In this document: positions 17,667-26,043 of the stretch, piece by piece | How the letters are laid out: every line of letters starts with the position of its first letter | Numbering within the stretch: the stretch's first letter is position 1 | Source of the DNA: a virus | Taxonomy: Duplodnaviria > Caudoviricetes | IMG/VR virus record: IMGVR_UViG_3300033066_002329 | Location: 24,944 to 88,943 of that record | Strand: one strand, 5' to 3' | Length of the DNA: 64,000 bases | Notes under the pieces: model-generated | What the model saw: only the letters and a program-made list of their open reading frames with translations | Told to the model about the DNA's origin: nothing | Database searches by the model: none | Position numbers and translations under genes: made by a program

Positions 17667-17753
17667 AGGAGAGTGGAGGAACCGACCCCCTATCAGCTCA
17701 TCACCGAAACCATAGTTTTCAAGACTATTTGCGCTCCATGCACGGCACTCTCC
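17667..17753 (-). tRNA. tRNA-Ser(TGA), atypical T-loop and U73
   Basis: Acceptor GGAGAGT/ACTCTCC, ATAGT-CTTGAAA-ACTAT, long variable arm, T-loop GTCGGTT. Confidence 0.8.
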
Positions 17754-17763
17754 ATTTTTATTC

Positions 17764-17797
17764 AAAAAAAAATCCTGATTCTTTTGGAACCAGGATT
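17764..17797 (-). terminator. Attenuator terminator (segments 3:4), 11 nt upstream of the first tRNA
   Basis: AATCCTGGTTC-CAAAA-GAATCAGGATT (11 bp) followed by T7. Confidence 0.9.
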
Positions 17798-17838
17798 CAA
17801 TATTGTAATTTAATTTATCTCTTATAACGTAAAAAAAA

Positions 17839-17925
17839 TTATGACAATATATGGCCTGGTTCGGAGTTTCTTGAACTCGAACTTGAACTTCTCCAAGACC
17901 ATCTATATGTTGTTAATACTTTCAT
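17839..17925 (-). CDS. Attenuator leader peptide MKVLTTYRWSWRSSSSSSRNSEPGHILS*
   Basis: Hand-translated 28-aa ORF. Codons 8-19 are AGA TGG TCT TGG AGA AGT TCA AGT TCG AGT TCA AGA. Contains GAACCAGG, complementary to the terminator 5' arm. Confidence 0.85.
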   Translation of the reverse strand: MKVLTTYRWSWRSSSSSSRNSEPGHILS

Positions 17926-17964
17926 TACTTTTAAATAGTGTAAAATTTTATTTTTTATATTTTC

Positions 17965-18002
17965 TACGCACAAATATATAAAAGGTTTCAATTAAATGCA
18001 AA
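17965..18002 (-). promoter_or_regulatory. Overlapping ECF-type (TGAAAC-N16-CGTA, 17965-17990) and Bacteroidota housekeeping-type (TTTG-N20-TATATTTG, 17971-18002) promoters of the tRNA operon
   Basis: Both bipartite consensus patterns are present with canonical spacing. Confidence 0.75.
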
Positions 18003-18050
18003 TATTTTTTTAATTTTATTTCTTTCTACTTGAGAATCAGTGTTTTATTT

Positions 18051-18314
18051 TTAATTACGACGTGAATTATACTTATACCATTCAACTCTTGTAACTTTTT
18101 GTATAAATTTAGGATTTGCTAAAAAAAACATTTTTATTTTTTGACATACTTCATATTTTTCTAACTGACAAAAATATTCAAGTGCCTCTTCTATAACAAA
18201 GCTAGGTATTAGTTTAGATTCTTTTTTCTTAATTTTATTTTCAGCCAAGTCAGCTAAACCATTGTAAACTTTTATAGATTTTTTTTCAACATTTATTTCT
18301 TCATTTATTTTCAT
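18051..18314 (-). CDS. Hypothetical protein
   Basis: UVR-like EALEYFCQLEKYEVCQKIK segment. Confidence 0.65.
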   Translation of the reverse strand: MKINEEINVEKKSIKVYNGLADLAENKIKKKESKLIPSFVIEEALEYFCQLEKYEVCQKIKMFFLANPKFIQKVTRVEWYKYNSRRN

Positions 18315-18320
18315 AACTAA

Positions 18321-18563
18321 TTAACATAATAATCCATTCCCTTTTCCTCCTCCTAAGATATTATTGTGTCGTGGAAGATTTCTTAAAACTTTTTTTGAAA
18401 CTTCAACAGACTCACTCTCTTCTTCACTCCTATCGGGAGTTTCTTTTTTTAATACAAGAGCTAGGTGGTCCTTAATTATTGAAACTTGTTTTTCATTCAA
18501 AGTTTTAGCATCTGAAATCTCAAAATAACCTTGTAACCAATATATAAATGCCTCTGTTGTCAT
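18321..18563 (-). CDS. Hypothetical phage protein
   Basis: FIYWLQGYFE...QVSIIKDHL, a common small phage protein pattern. Confidence 0.75.
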   Translation of the reverse strand: MTTEAFIYWLQGYFEISDAKTLNEKQVSIIKDHLALVLKKETPDRSEEESESVEVSKKVLRNLPRHNNILGGGKGNGLLC

Positions 18564-18648
18564 TGCTTTATTTTCTATTATAAATAACTTATTAAAACTT
18601 AAATTTGTCTTTTTAAAAATATATTTTTTTTATCCCGTTTTTTTCTTT

Positions 18649-18963
18649 TTATTGCATATTTACTGCTCTTAGAGGATTTCTTTCATACAAAAAATCACCT
18701 TGAATGTTATTACAATATGTAATTAACTTAAAATATTTTCTATCTTTTTTTCTTCTAAATAAATACATAGTAATACCATCTTTTTTTTGATGATTATACA
18801 TATGTTCAAATGGAAAATCATCATTGATTTCATATATATCATCTTTAAAAAAAGAACTTAAAGCTTTTTCTTCTCCATATTCAATGCAAACTTCACTAAA
18901 TACTTCATCTACTATTTTAGCAGATTTTAAAAAATTTGAAATTTCGATTTTTTCCATACTCAA
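18649..18963 (-). CDS. Hypothetical protein
   Basis: 104-aa ORF; TATATTTG overlaps the first Met, so the start may be 18957. Confidence 0.65.
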   Translation of the reverse strand: MSMEKIEISNFLKSAKIVDEVFSEVCIEYGEEKALSSFFKDDIYEINDDFPFEHMYNHQKKDGITMYLFRRKKDRKYFKLITYCNNIQGDFLYERNPLRAVNMQ

Positions 18964-18980
18964 ATATAAGAAAAAGTCTT

Positions 18981-19062
18981 AAAAAAAACAAGAGCCGTGG
19001 TAATTTATCCACGACTCTTTAAGCAAACCAGGGTAGGCTTTGCCAGTAATAATTTGCTTATT
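18981..19062 (-). ncRNA. Candidate ~80-nt sRNA with its own promoter and terminator
   Basis: AGTAAC-N16-CGTA(TAA) at 19069-19094; TAAGCAAA/TTTGCTTA stem; AAGAGTCGTGG/CCACGGCTCTT hairpin plus T-tract; no ATG. Confidence 0.55.
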
Positions 19063-19089
19063 GTTTTATACGCAATATAGAATAAAAGG

Positions 19090-19632
19090 TTACTCTTGCT
19101 CTGGGGACATAATAACATAATGCCTCAAAGCCTCATATACACTCTTACCTTCATCATACATAATCTTTATATCTTCCCACTTCATAGATTCTCTATTATA
19201 TTCTTCATAATCTCCATCAATCATTCCCCAATTCATTAAATAAGAAAAAGTAATTTGAAAATCTCTCCACTCACAAGTGTCTTTACTTAAATCATCAGGA
19301 TAATAACTATACTTATTCACAAGCTCTTTCAATTTTAATTGAAACTCTTCTTGAAAAATTGGATTTCCATTCTCGTCTATTTTATCTATTTTAGTTTTAA
19401 GTAAATCTATGTTTTTACAATCTACATGCATACCTGCTTCTCTTGACCAGAATATATCTAAATGTATAATTGATTTTACTTCAGGTTCTGGTAATACCTT
19501 AAAAAGTTCATACCATTTTTTCGTTGGTTTAATCTGAGAAACTTTTAAGCCACCGAATCCAACTCTACAGAATGGACAAGTAATTTCTGGGTGTAACAAG
19601 AATTTTTTACTGATTGGAATTTTTTTTTTCAT
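19090..19632 (-). CDS. Hypothetical protein
   Basis: 180-aa ORF with CPFC. Confidence 0.65.
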   Translation of the reverse strand: MKKKIPISKKFLLHPEITCPFCRVGFGGLKVSQIKPTKKWYELFKVLPEPEVKSIIHLDIFWSREAGMHVDCKNIDLLKTKIDKIDENGNPIFQEEFQLKLKELVNKYSYYPDDLSKDTCEWRDFQITFSYLMNWGMIDGDYEEYNRESMKWEDIKIMYDEGKSVYEALRHYVIMSPEQE

Positions 19633-19787
19633 GAAAAAGCTTTTTCTTTTCCTTGAAAGATAGTCTCAAAACTTCAAGCTCTTCTTTCTTTTTTTTATAC
19701 TCATCTCTAAGTTTATCAATTTCTTGTTCAATCAGTGATGGCTTAATAGATAATTCATAATATTTTTTATTATAAATATGCTAATGT

Positions 19788-20081
19788 TTATAATATCTCA
19801 ACTACTTTTCCAAAAATATTTTTGGTCCATCCATTGACATAGCCACTATTATTGGATATTTGGCACCCCTTCTTTGAATCGACTGCTGATACAAGATGAG
19901 TGTAATAATTACCCTTAACTTTACAATAAACAATATCTCCAACATCAACTTCTTCCCATGTTGCAGGAATAATTTTTACTGGTTGTTTTGATTTTATAAG
20001 AGGAAGCATAGAATTGCCTGGCTCCTTAGAAATAATAGTTTCTCCTAAGGCAAGTTTTTCTATTTTCCAATTTCTTCCCAT
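19788..20081 (-). CDS. S24/S26 peptidase-like small protein
   Basis: GNSMLP, GDIVYC, THLV (Ser-His type). Confidence 0.6.
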   Translation of the reverse strand: MGRNWKIEKLALGETIISKEPGNSMLPLIKSKQPVKIIPATWEEVDVGDIVYCKVKGNYYTHLVSAVDSKKGCQISNNSGYVNGWTKNIFGKVVEIL

Positions 20082-20338
20082 TATTTTTTTTCATTTCTTT
20101 TTTTATACCACACACTTGCATAAGTACCTATAAATGCGCCTATTAATGCAGCAATTACAAAAGTTTTATCATCAACATATGTATTTACAGAAAATGCTCC
20201 ACAAGCCATTATCGCCATAGACCAAACTGCTGCTGCAAAACTTTTTCTTTCTTCTACCTTAATAAAATAATAAGTCCAGCAAATATCGCCTATGCATACT
20301 GCTAAAATTACACTAAAAAATTTAATCCAATATTCCAT
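20081..20338 (-). CDS. Small three-TM membrane protein
   Basis: Three hydrophobic helices; coupled to the next gene. Confidence 0.75.
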   Translation of the reverse strand: MEYWIKFFSVILAVCIGDICWTYYFIKVEERKSFAAAVWSMAIMACGAFSVNTYVDDKTFVIAALIGAFIGTYASVWYKKRNEKK

Positions 20339-20340
20339 AA

Positions 20341-21741
20341 TTATATCCCTTGGCCCCCCTCTTCTTCAATTACTGTTATTATTCCCTTTTTATCTTTAGC
20401 TACACCTAAATATGTAGCTCCTCTATCAAAGTCCATAGTTTTATCATCTTTATCAATGTAAGGAGTATCTATAGCTCCACTATTAATAAGAGTAATTAGT
20501 CTCTTTGGTAATATTATATCTTTATCTTTATTTATTCTTTCAATATTCTCAAAATCAGAAAAACGTTCTCCAGACATTTCTGTATAAGAATAAATACCAT
20601 ATCTACCAAAGAAAATTTTATCTAATTCTGGAGCAGCCTCAAAACATTTTTTACCAGCTTCGATTATAAATAACTCAAAATCTTTCTCTTCTTTATTTTC
20701 AAAATAATTTGTAATATCATATGACCTTACATTTTCTAAAATAACTTTACCATGATGCACAAGAGTGTATGTATCATCATAGATAGATTTTTTATATGCT
20801 TCTTCTGCTGCTTTCTCTTTTTCTTCTATTTCAATCTTAGCTTTTTCATCGTTTGAGTACTTTCTTAAATTAGGATAAGAAGATAAAACAGATTTAGATG
20901 CCTTAACCTCTACTCCTTCTAAATCATAAAATTGACTTATATCCCAATTTGAATTATTAAGAAATTTTATTGTGTGGACTCCAAAATCTTTAAGATTTTT
21001 TATTTTTGTTTTAAGCAAATCTCTATTATCATAGTGAAGCAACTTATTCATGATAGAACTAGTAGGCTTATAAACTCCATCTTTAATATCCATTTTAATA
21101 AAATGGTCTAAGTCAATTTTTCCTATTTTTTCTGCTGCTCCTTCCCACGTATATTCTGGATGTTTTTTTTGAATATAAGCAGATGGAGTCAGGTGAAATT
21201 CATTTGTTGGCTTTTTAGGAAATCCAATAGGACCAACTAATTCCTCTAATTCATATTCTACCAATGGAATATCTGGATTATCTTTTAATAATTCAATCAA
21301 AGTCTCAAGGCCTTCAAAAGATTTATTATAATGTTTTTTTTTATCATATCCAATACACTGCTGTACTTCCATAGCCTTTAATCTATAACCATGATAATCC
21401 ATATAAATTGCATGCTCAAAATAATCTTGTTTATAAAACTCACTTCTGTATACGCCACTCACAAAACCATAAAATGTATAATCTCCTAAAATAAATTTCT
21501 TTCCAGCATATTTATTCCAATCTATGGAGTCATAAATTTTTTCGATTTCTTGAGGAGTAAATACTTTCCCAAATTTTTTGGAAAAATTATTCATACTATA
21601 GTGAGGGTCAAATTTTCCGTCTATTTTTTCATTCCAATTGTATCTTTGTTCTGAAGGTTTTTCATGAAAATACATATGGTCATTTAACCAAAAAGCTGTT
21701 CCATTCCAATAAGATTCGTGAAATTTTTCTATTGTCATCAT
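20341..21741 (-). CDS. Hypothetical protein
   Basis: 466-aa ORF; no domain recognised. Confidence 0.75.
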   Translation of the reverse strand: MMTIEKFHESYWNGTAFWLNDHMYFHEKPSEQRYNWNEKIDGKFDPHYSMNNFSKKFGKVFTPQEIEKIYDSIDWNKYAGKKFILGDYTFYGFVSGVYRSEFYKQDYFEHAIYMDYHGYRLKAMEVQQCIGYDKKKHYNKSFEGLETLIELLKDNPDIPLVEYELEELVGPIGFPKKPTNEFHLTPSAYIQKKHPEYTWEGAAEKIGKIDLDHFIKMDIKDGVYKPTSSIMNKLLHYDNRDLLKTKIKNLKDFGVHTIKFLNNSNWDISQFYDLEGVEVKASKSVLSSYPNLRKYSNDEKAKIEIEEKEKAAEEAYKKSIYDDTYTLVHHGKVILENVRSYDITNYFENKEEKDFELFIIEAGKKCFEAAPELDKIFFGRYGIYSYTEMSGERFSDFENIERINKDKDIILPKRLITLINSGAIDTPYIDKDDKTMDFDRGATYLGVAKDKKGIITVIEEEGGQGI

Positions 21742-21751
21742 AATTCTAAAT

Positions 21752-22699
21752 TTATTTTAGCCATAAATAATCATGGCTGATTTTTGTATCATAAGTTGCA
21801 AATTCTACAATTTCTTTTTTTGGCATAATCCAACCATCATTTCTCAATTGTTCTATTGCTGTTTTTATTTTAAATTCAAATTCCTCTCTACCGACATGAT
21901 AATCTCTAATTGTAATCATTAGAATATACTTACCATCATCAATTTTTTTGAATACATTCTTAGACAAATGGCCATTAACTCTTCTTGCAGACGCTGTCAA
22001 CTCTTCTCTCGCTTCTTTAGACCCATCAAATTCTACTCCTATGTGGCTCTCAAAATAGCAACCTGTAGGCATTGACTCTCCTTCTTTTTGAGGAGCTCCT
22101 GGATGCCAAGGTGCTGTTTCTACTTTTTCTCTAACTACTTTATACCCCAATCGTTTTAGAGAACCTGATATTCTTTGGAGCTCTTCATAAACACCTCTAT
22201 TGTCTCCTACATATTTGGATGATGTCATAACATCATTTGATAAATCTCCTTCGCTATTTTCTAAATCTAATACGATAGCTTTAACATTCAATTTTGTGCA
22301 TGCATTTTGAAAAAGCTTAATAAAATCTTCTAATGGCATTTCATTATCTCTTTCAACTGTTACATGTATTTCATATGGTAGTGGAAAGTTAGCACTCTCT
22401 TCTTTTGCTTGTAATCCTTGCCACATTTGAGATTTTTCAAACATCATTTCTTCAATGTCTTCATGCTCAAACCCAAGGTCATATGCAATTGATATTGCTG
22501 CTAGAACTGTATCTACTACTTCTTCTAATATATTATGCTTATCAACAAATCTATGTCTACAAGCATAAGCAGAATCAAAAGGAAGTGCTACTTTTGCAAG
22601 CTCTCCTCCCTCTTCAAATACTTTAGAAACTTTTTGAGATAAATTTTTCTTATCTCTCTTTGATAACTCCTGAATGTAATCTAATATTTTTTTATCCAT
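21752..22699 (-). CDS. MazG-like NTP pyrophosphohydrolase fused to an uncharacterised C-terminal domain
   Basis: KVFEEGGELAK...ILEEVVDT acidic MazG motif; C-domain YEIHVTV/YFESHIGV. Confidence 0.75.
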   Translation of the reverse strand: MDKKILDYIQELSKRDKKNLSQKVSKVFEEGGELAKVALPFDSAYACRHRFVDKHNILEEVVDTVLAAISIAYDLGFEHEDIEEMMFEKSQMWQGLQAKEESANFPLPYEIHVTVERDNEMPLEDFIKLFQNACTKLNVKAIVLDLENSEGDLSNDVMTSSKYVGDNRGVYEELQRISGSLKRLGYKVVREKVETAPWHPGAPQKEGESMPTGCYFESHIGVEFDGSKEAREELTASARRVNGHLSKNVFKKIDDGKYILMITIRDYHVGREEFEFKIKTAIEQLRNDGWIMPKKEIVEFATYDTKISHDYLWLK

Positions 22700-22805
22700 A
22701 ATGCAAATATAATAAAAAAACAGTTAAAGAACATTTACTGTCGAGCTTAATGGGTATTTCAAGGCTTCAGATTTTGTTCAGTACTATAAGCCTTTTTTCC
22801 TCTGT

Positions 22806-23132
22806 TTATTTTGAAAGTTTTTCGTAATCTTTATTTAAAGATTTAAAACTTGTATATAACTCTTTAGAAATGTTTTTACTCTTATAGTTTTCTTCAAGTC
22901 TTGCTTTAATATCGGAAATATAATTTTTGCCTCTACCTGAATCTTTTGCAGCAGCAGATAAAGATATCTTTCTTCTAATAGCAAGCTTTAAGATTTTAAT
23001 ACCATTTTCAAGGCTAACAACAGAACTACTTCTTCTTAATGTTTTAACAGCAGTTTTTGTGCTTCTTTTTGTAATAACTTTGCCAGTAGCTTTTTTTGCT
23101 ACTTTCTTTTTGCTTTTTAAATTTGTTTTCAT
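22806..23132 (-). CDS. Small basic, probably DNA-binding protein
   Basis: Lys/Thr-rich tail, HTH-like ISLSAAAKDSGRGKNYIS; TTTG-N20-TATATTTG promoter at 23158-23189. Confidence 0.6.
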   Translation of the reverse strand: MKTNLKSKKKVAKKATGKVITKRSTKTAVKTLRRSSSVVSLENGIKILKLAIRRKISLSAAAKDSGRGKNYISDIKARLEENYKSKNISKELYTSFKSLNKDYEKLSK

Positions 23133-23208
23133 TTTTATCTTTTTTTAATTTAACAACCAAATATAATAAAACACAAACTAAAAACCAAATTTTTAAAAAA
23201 TTTTCCCG

Positions 23209-23745
23209 CTATTCTTCTTTTTTTATTTTTGCAATAAGATATTTGGTCACTTCTTCCCATCCGTTAAAAGGTTCAGTACCGAACATAATATGTTCTCCGA
23301 TAAAATTAGATGCGCCATATTTAGTTCTATCATCTACAAGATAATGTCCTATAGACCTATCTTTTCTAAAGGTAAGGTCCATTCTTTTATATCCCCATTC
23401 TCCAAAGTTTTTTTCAACCCAAATTCTTTTTTCAATAAAAGAGTGTGGATTACTCCAAGATGGAGCAGACAAAAATCTAATTTGAAAGTGTTTATCCAAT
23501 TCTTCAATTGCCTCTTTTGCTCCAGGCATTAATTCTAATTCTGCATAGAAATTAGGTTGTCTATATAATTTTTTATCTGCAAATTCTTTAGCTGTTAATC
23601 CTAATTTTTCGCCCCATATTCCTGCTGTTTTTTCAAAATCTGCCACAACTCCATCCATATCTAAATATAGAGTAGGTTTTCCTTCTGCTAATTCAAGAGC
23701 ATTTAATAATGTTTTAATTTGTTCTTCAGTAAGATGTTTTTTCAT
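23209..23745 (-). CDS. 5'(3')-deoxyribonucleotidase (NT5C, HAD)
   Basis: LYLDMDGVVADF, LSAPSW, EKRIWV, YLVDDR. Confidence 0.9.
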   Translation of the reverse strand: MKKHLTEEQIKTLLNALELAEGKPTLYLDMDGVVADFEKTAGIWGEKLGLTAKEFADKKLYRQPNFYAELELMPGAKEAIEELDKHFQIRFLSAPSWSNPHSFIEKRIWVEKNFGEWGYKRMDLTFRKDRSIGHYLVDDRTKYGASNFIGEHIMFGTEPFNGWEEVTKYLIAKIKKEE

Positions 23746-23752
23746 AGTGTTA

Positions 23753-24745
23753 TTATTTTATTAAATGTTTTATTACTGTATGCCAATCTGGAAATTGTTC
23801 ACTTCCAAATTTTATCAATGTCCCTTCAAAATCCAATTGATTAGCATGTATATCATCATCAATCAAATAATTACCTTTTCCGATAACAAGAGATTTATCA
23901 CATGATAAAATTAAATTTTCAAGCACATGAAATCCAAGATAGCGTTTAATCCAATCTGCTTTTTCTGTATAACACATTAAATTATAAATAGAAGGCCTAG
24001 TAAGTATATATACTTCATAATGCTCTTCTAAAATTTTAAAGGCATCTATAGCGCCTGGCAATGGTTCAAGATTACTAAAAAACCCAAATTGAGATTGAGG
24101 ATATTCTATTTCTGGATGGTCTTTTTTCCAAGCTAAATAAGAACCTTTAAAATCACATAATACACCATCCATATCCACAAACATCTTAGGTCTTTGTTTA
24201 TAATTTAATCTTTTATAAACTTCTTTTCTTGTTTGTGTTTTGTCTCCTCCTAAATCTCTAATTAAATATCCCTTTGGATAATACGCTGTTGTATCAATTC
24301 CTAGTTTCAATCCAGCTTTAATTCCAGCCTCATCAAAACCAGTTTGTCCTCCTGAACGAATAGCTTTAATTTTTATCTTAAGTTCAGGATGATTTATTAT
24401 ATCGTATAATAAATCATAAGTAAAAGAATCACATTCTTCTTGAGTCATATGACCCTTCAAAGTATATATACCATTTCCAGCAATATTAAAAACTATAGAA
24501 TGCTTTTTATTTAAAAAAGTAGAATTAATAAGCGGAACGATTTTATCTGCCTTATCTTTAGTATTGCCAGATGGATGAACAGGAATATATAGTTTATTAT
24601 TTCCAACAGCTAATTCTTTAGTCAACTTCTCTCCTGCAGAATCAAATTTGATTGCGATAGCAAAAGTAACATCAGATTTAATTACATTTACTTCTGTTCT
24701 ATCTTTATATGATGAAGATTTATCTTCGGATAAAATAAATTGCAT
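23753..24745 (-). CDS. SLOG-like (circularly permuted YpsA) domain fused to an NT5C nucleotidase
   Basis: RTEVNV, NIAGN, SGGQTGFDEAG; C-terminal FVDMDGVLCDF and YLIDDD. Confidence 0.8.
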   Translation of the reverse strand: MQFILSEDKSSSYKDRTEVNVIKSDVTFAIAIKFDSAGEKLTKELAVGNNKLYIPVHPSGNTKDKADKIVPLINSTFLNKKHSIVFNIAGNGIYTLKGHMTQEECDSFTYDLLYDIINHPELKIKIKAIRSGGQTGFDEAGIKAGLKLGIDTTAYYPKGYLIRDLGGDKTQTRKEVYKRLNYKQRPKMFVDMDGVLCDFKGSYLAWKKDHPEIEYPQSQFGFFSNLEPLPGAIDAFKILEEHYEVYILTRPSIYNLMCYTEKADWIKRYLGFHVLENLILSCDKSLVIGKGNYLIDDDIHANQLDFEGTLIKFGSEQFPDWHTVIKHLIK

Positions 24746-24750
24746 ATTAA

Positions 24751-25068
24751 TTAATCTTTAAATAAAATTTCATTATTACTTTTCATTTCTTTGAAATCAT
24801 TCTCCCAAATGCAAATTCCATTATCAGAAGATAATACTCTTTCAAATAATTTATCTGATATCATAACAGCCCTTAATAATCCTTCAGGCCTTGAATATTC
24901 TGCAGGAGTTTCTTCTGGCAAATCACTATTATATTCTTCAATATATGATTTATAATCTTCCTCACTAAAATGAATTGTATAACCATCTGGTCTTTTTCCC
25001 CAACCTGCCTCTGATTCAATCCAAGTTATTAATAATGCCTCTTTCATGTTTTTATATTTATACCACAA
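24751..25068 (-). CDS. Hypothetical phage protein
   Basis: WIESEAGWGKRPDG. Confidence 0.7.
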   Translation of the reverse strand: MWYKYKNMKEALLITWIESEAGWGKRPDGYTIHFSEEDYKSYIEEYNSDLPEETPAEYSRPEGLLRAVMISDKLFERVLSSDNGICIWENDFKEMKSNNEILFKD

Positions 25069-25160
25069 AGATACAAATATTTTATTATATAAAAAAATTA
25101 CTTTTTTAATGGATTTTTTTTGCTTTTATTATTACTATTTATAAACAAAAATAAGAAAAT

Positions 25161-25601
25161 ATGATTACTAATTTTTTAAAAAATCTATGGAATAAATTAT
25201 TCCCAAAAAAGCAAGAAATTGCTAAAACAACTAATGATTGGACTCCTTCTAAGGAGCTACAGGCTTATATAAAATCGTCAATAAACGATAGCCCAGTTAA
25301 CACTCCTGCTCCTATTGAAATCATCAAAGAAGCAGAAATAGAACCAGTTATTATTGAGCCTCAAATTCAAACTATTGAAATTTCTAATACTACATCTGTT
25401 GCAGAAAATTTCGAAGAGCATGCAACATCAAAAAAAGCTCCTATTAAAAAAGCTACTACTAAAAAAGCAGCCACAAAAAAAACTCCATTGAAAAAAGCTC
25501 CTGCAAAAAAAGCTTCTATAAAAAAGGCTCCTGTGAAAAAAACTCCTGCAAAAAAAACAACAAATAAAACAATAAATAAAACAACAAAAAACAAAAAGTA
25601 A
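25161..25601 (+). CDS. Histone H1-like protein
   Basis: C-terminal 5-aa repeats KKAPI/KKATT/KKAAT/KKTPL/KKAPA/KKASI/KKAPV/KKTPA. Confidence 0.75.
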   Translation: MITNFLKNLWNKLFPKKQEIAKTTNDWTPSKELQAYIKSSINDSPVNTPAPIEIIKEAEIEPVIIEPQIQTIEISNTTSVAENFEEHATSKKAPIKKATTKKAATKKTPLKKAPAKKASIKKAPVKKTPAKKTTNKTINKTTKNKK

Positions 25602-25602
25602 A

Positions 25603-26013
25603 ATGGCAAACAACAATAAAGAAAAAACTTATTTTTTCGGATGGCAAAACATAAAGTGGCTAATACGTGAAATGGCCGCTATGTATAGTAACAGAAAAAG
25701 TTACTTTAGTAAAAAAAGATTTGAAAGCTCTATGGCTTTTTTATCAGCATTAGGAGTTATCCTTGCTCATGTAATTATACATATTCATACAATAAGCAAC
25801 TCTGAAATACTTGCAGATGCAGCGCTTTTATTTGGTGTAGCTGGATATACAGTAGGTCAAATCCAAAAAGAGAAAAAAGAATTGCCTAACTCTGAAGATA
25901 CAGGAGAAACTCAAGAATCCAACTCAATTAAACAAGATAATAAATCTACAAAAAAATTGATAACAGAAAACACAGATAAAACTGATTATTCAAAAGATGA
26001 AGATGCAGTGTAA
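25603..26013 (+). CDS. Two-TM membrane protein (holin-like)
   Basis: SKKRFES then two TM helices and a charged tail. Confidence 0.5.
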   Translation: MANNNKEKTYFFGWQNIKWLIREMAAMYSNRKSYFSKKRFESSMAFLSALGVILAHVIIHIHTISNSEILADAALLFGVAGYTVGQIQKEKKELPNSEDTGETQESNSIKQDNKSTKKLITENTDKTDYSKDEDAV

Positions 26014-26043
26014 AAAAAGCGACCTAAATTAGGTCGCTTTTTT
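26012..26043. terminator. Bidirectional terminator
   Basis: AAAAAAGCGACCTA-aat-TAGGTCGCTTTTTT. Confidence 0.85.

Noticed and set aside
19020-19062. c-di-GMP-I riboswitch (GCAAA...GCAAAGCC)
   Set aside because: No GNRA-capped stem or receptor stem; kept only as a generic sRNA candidate.
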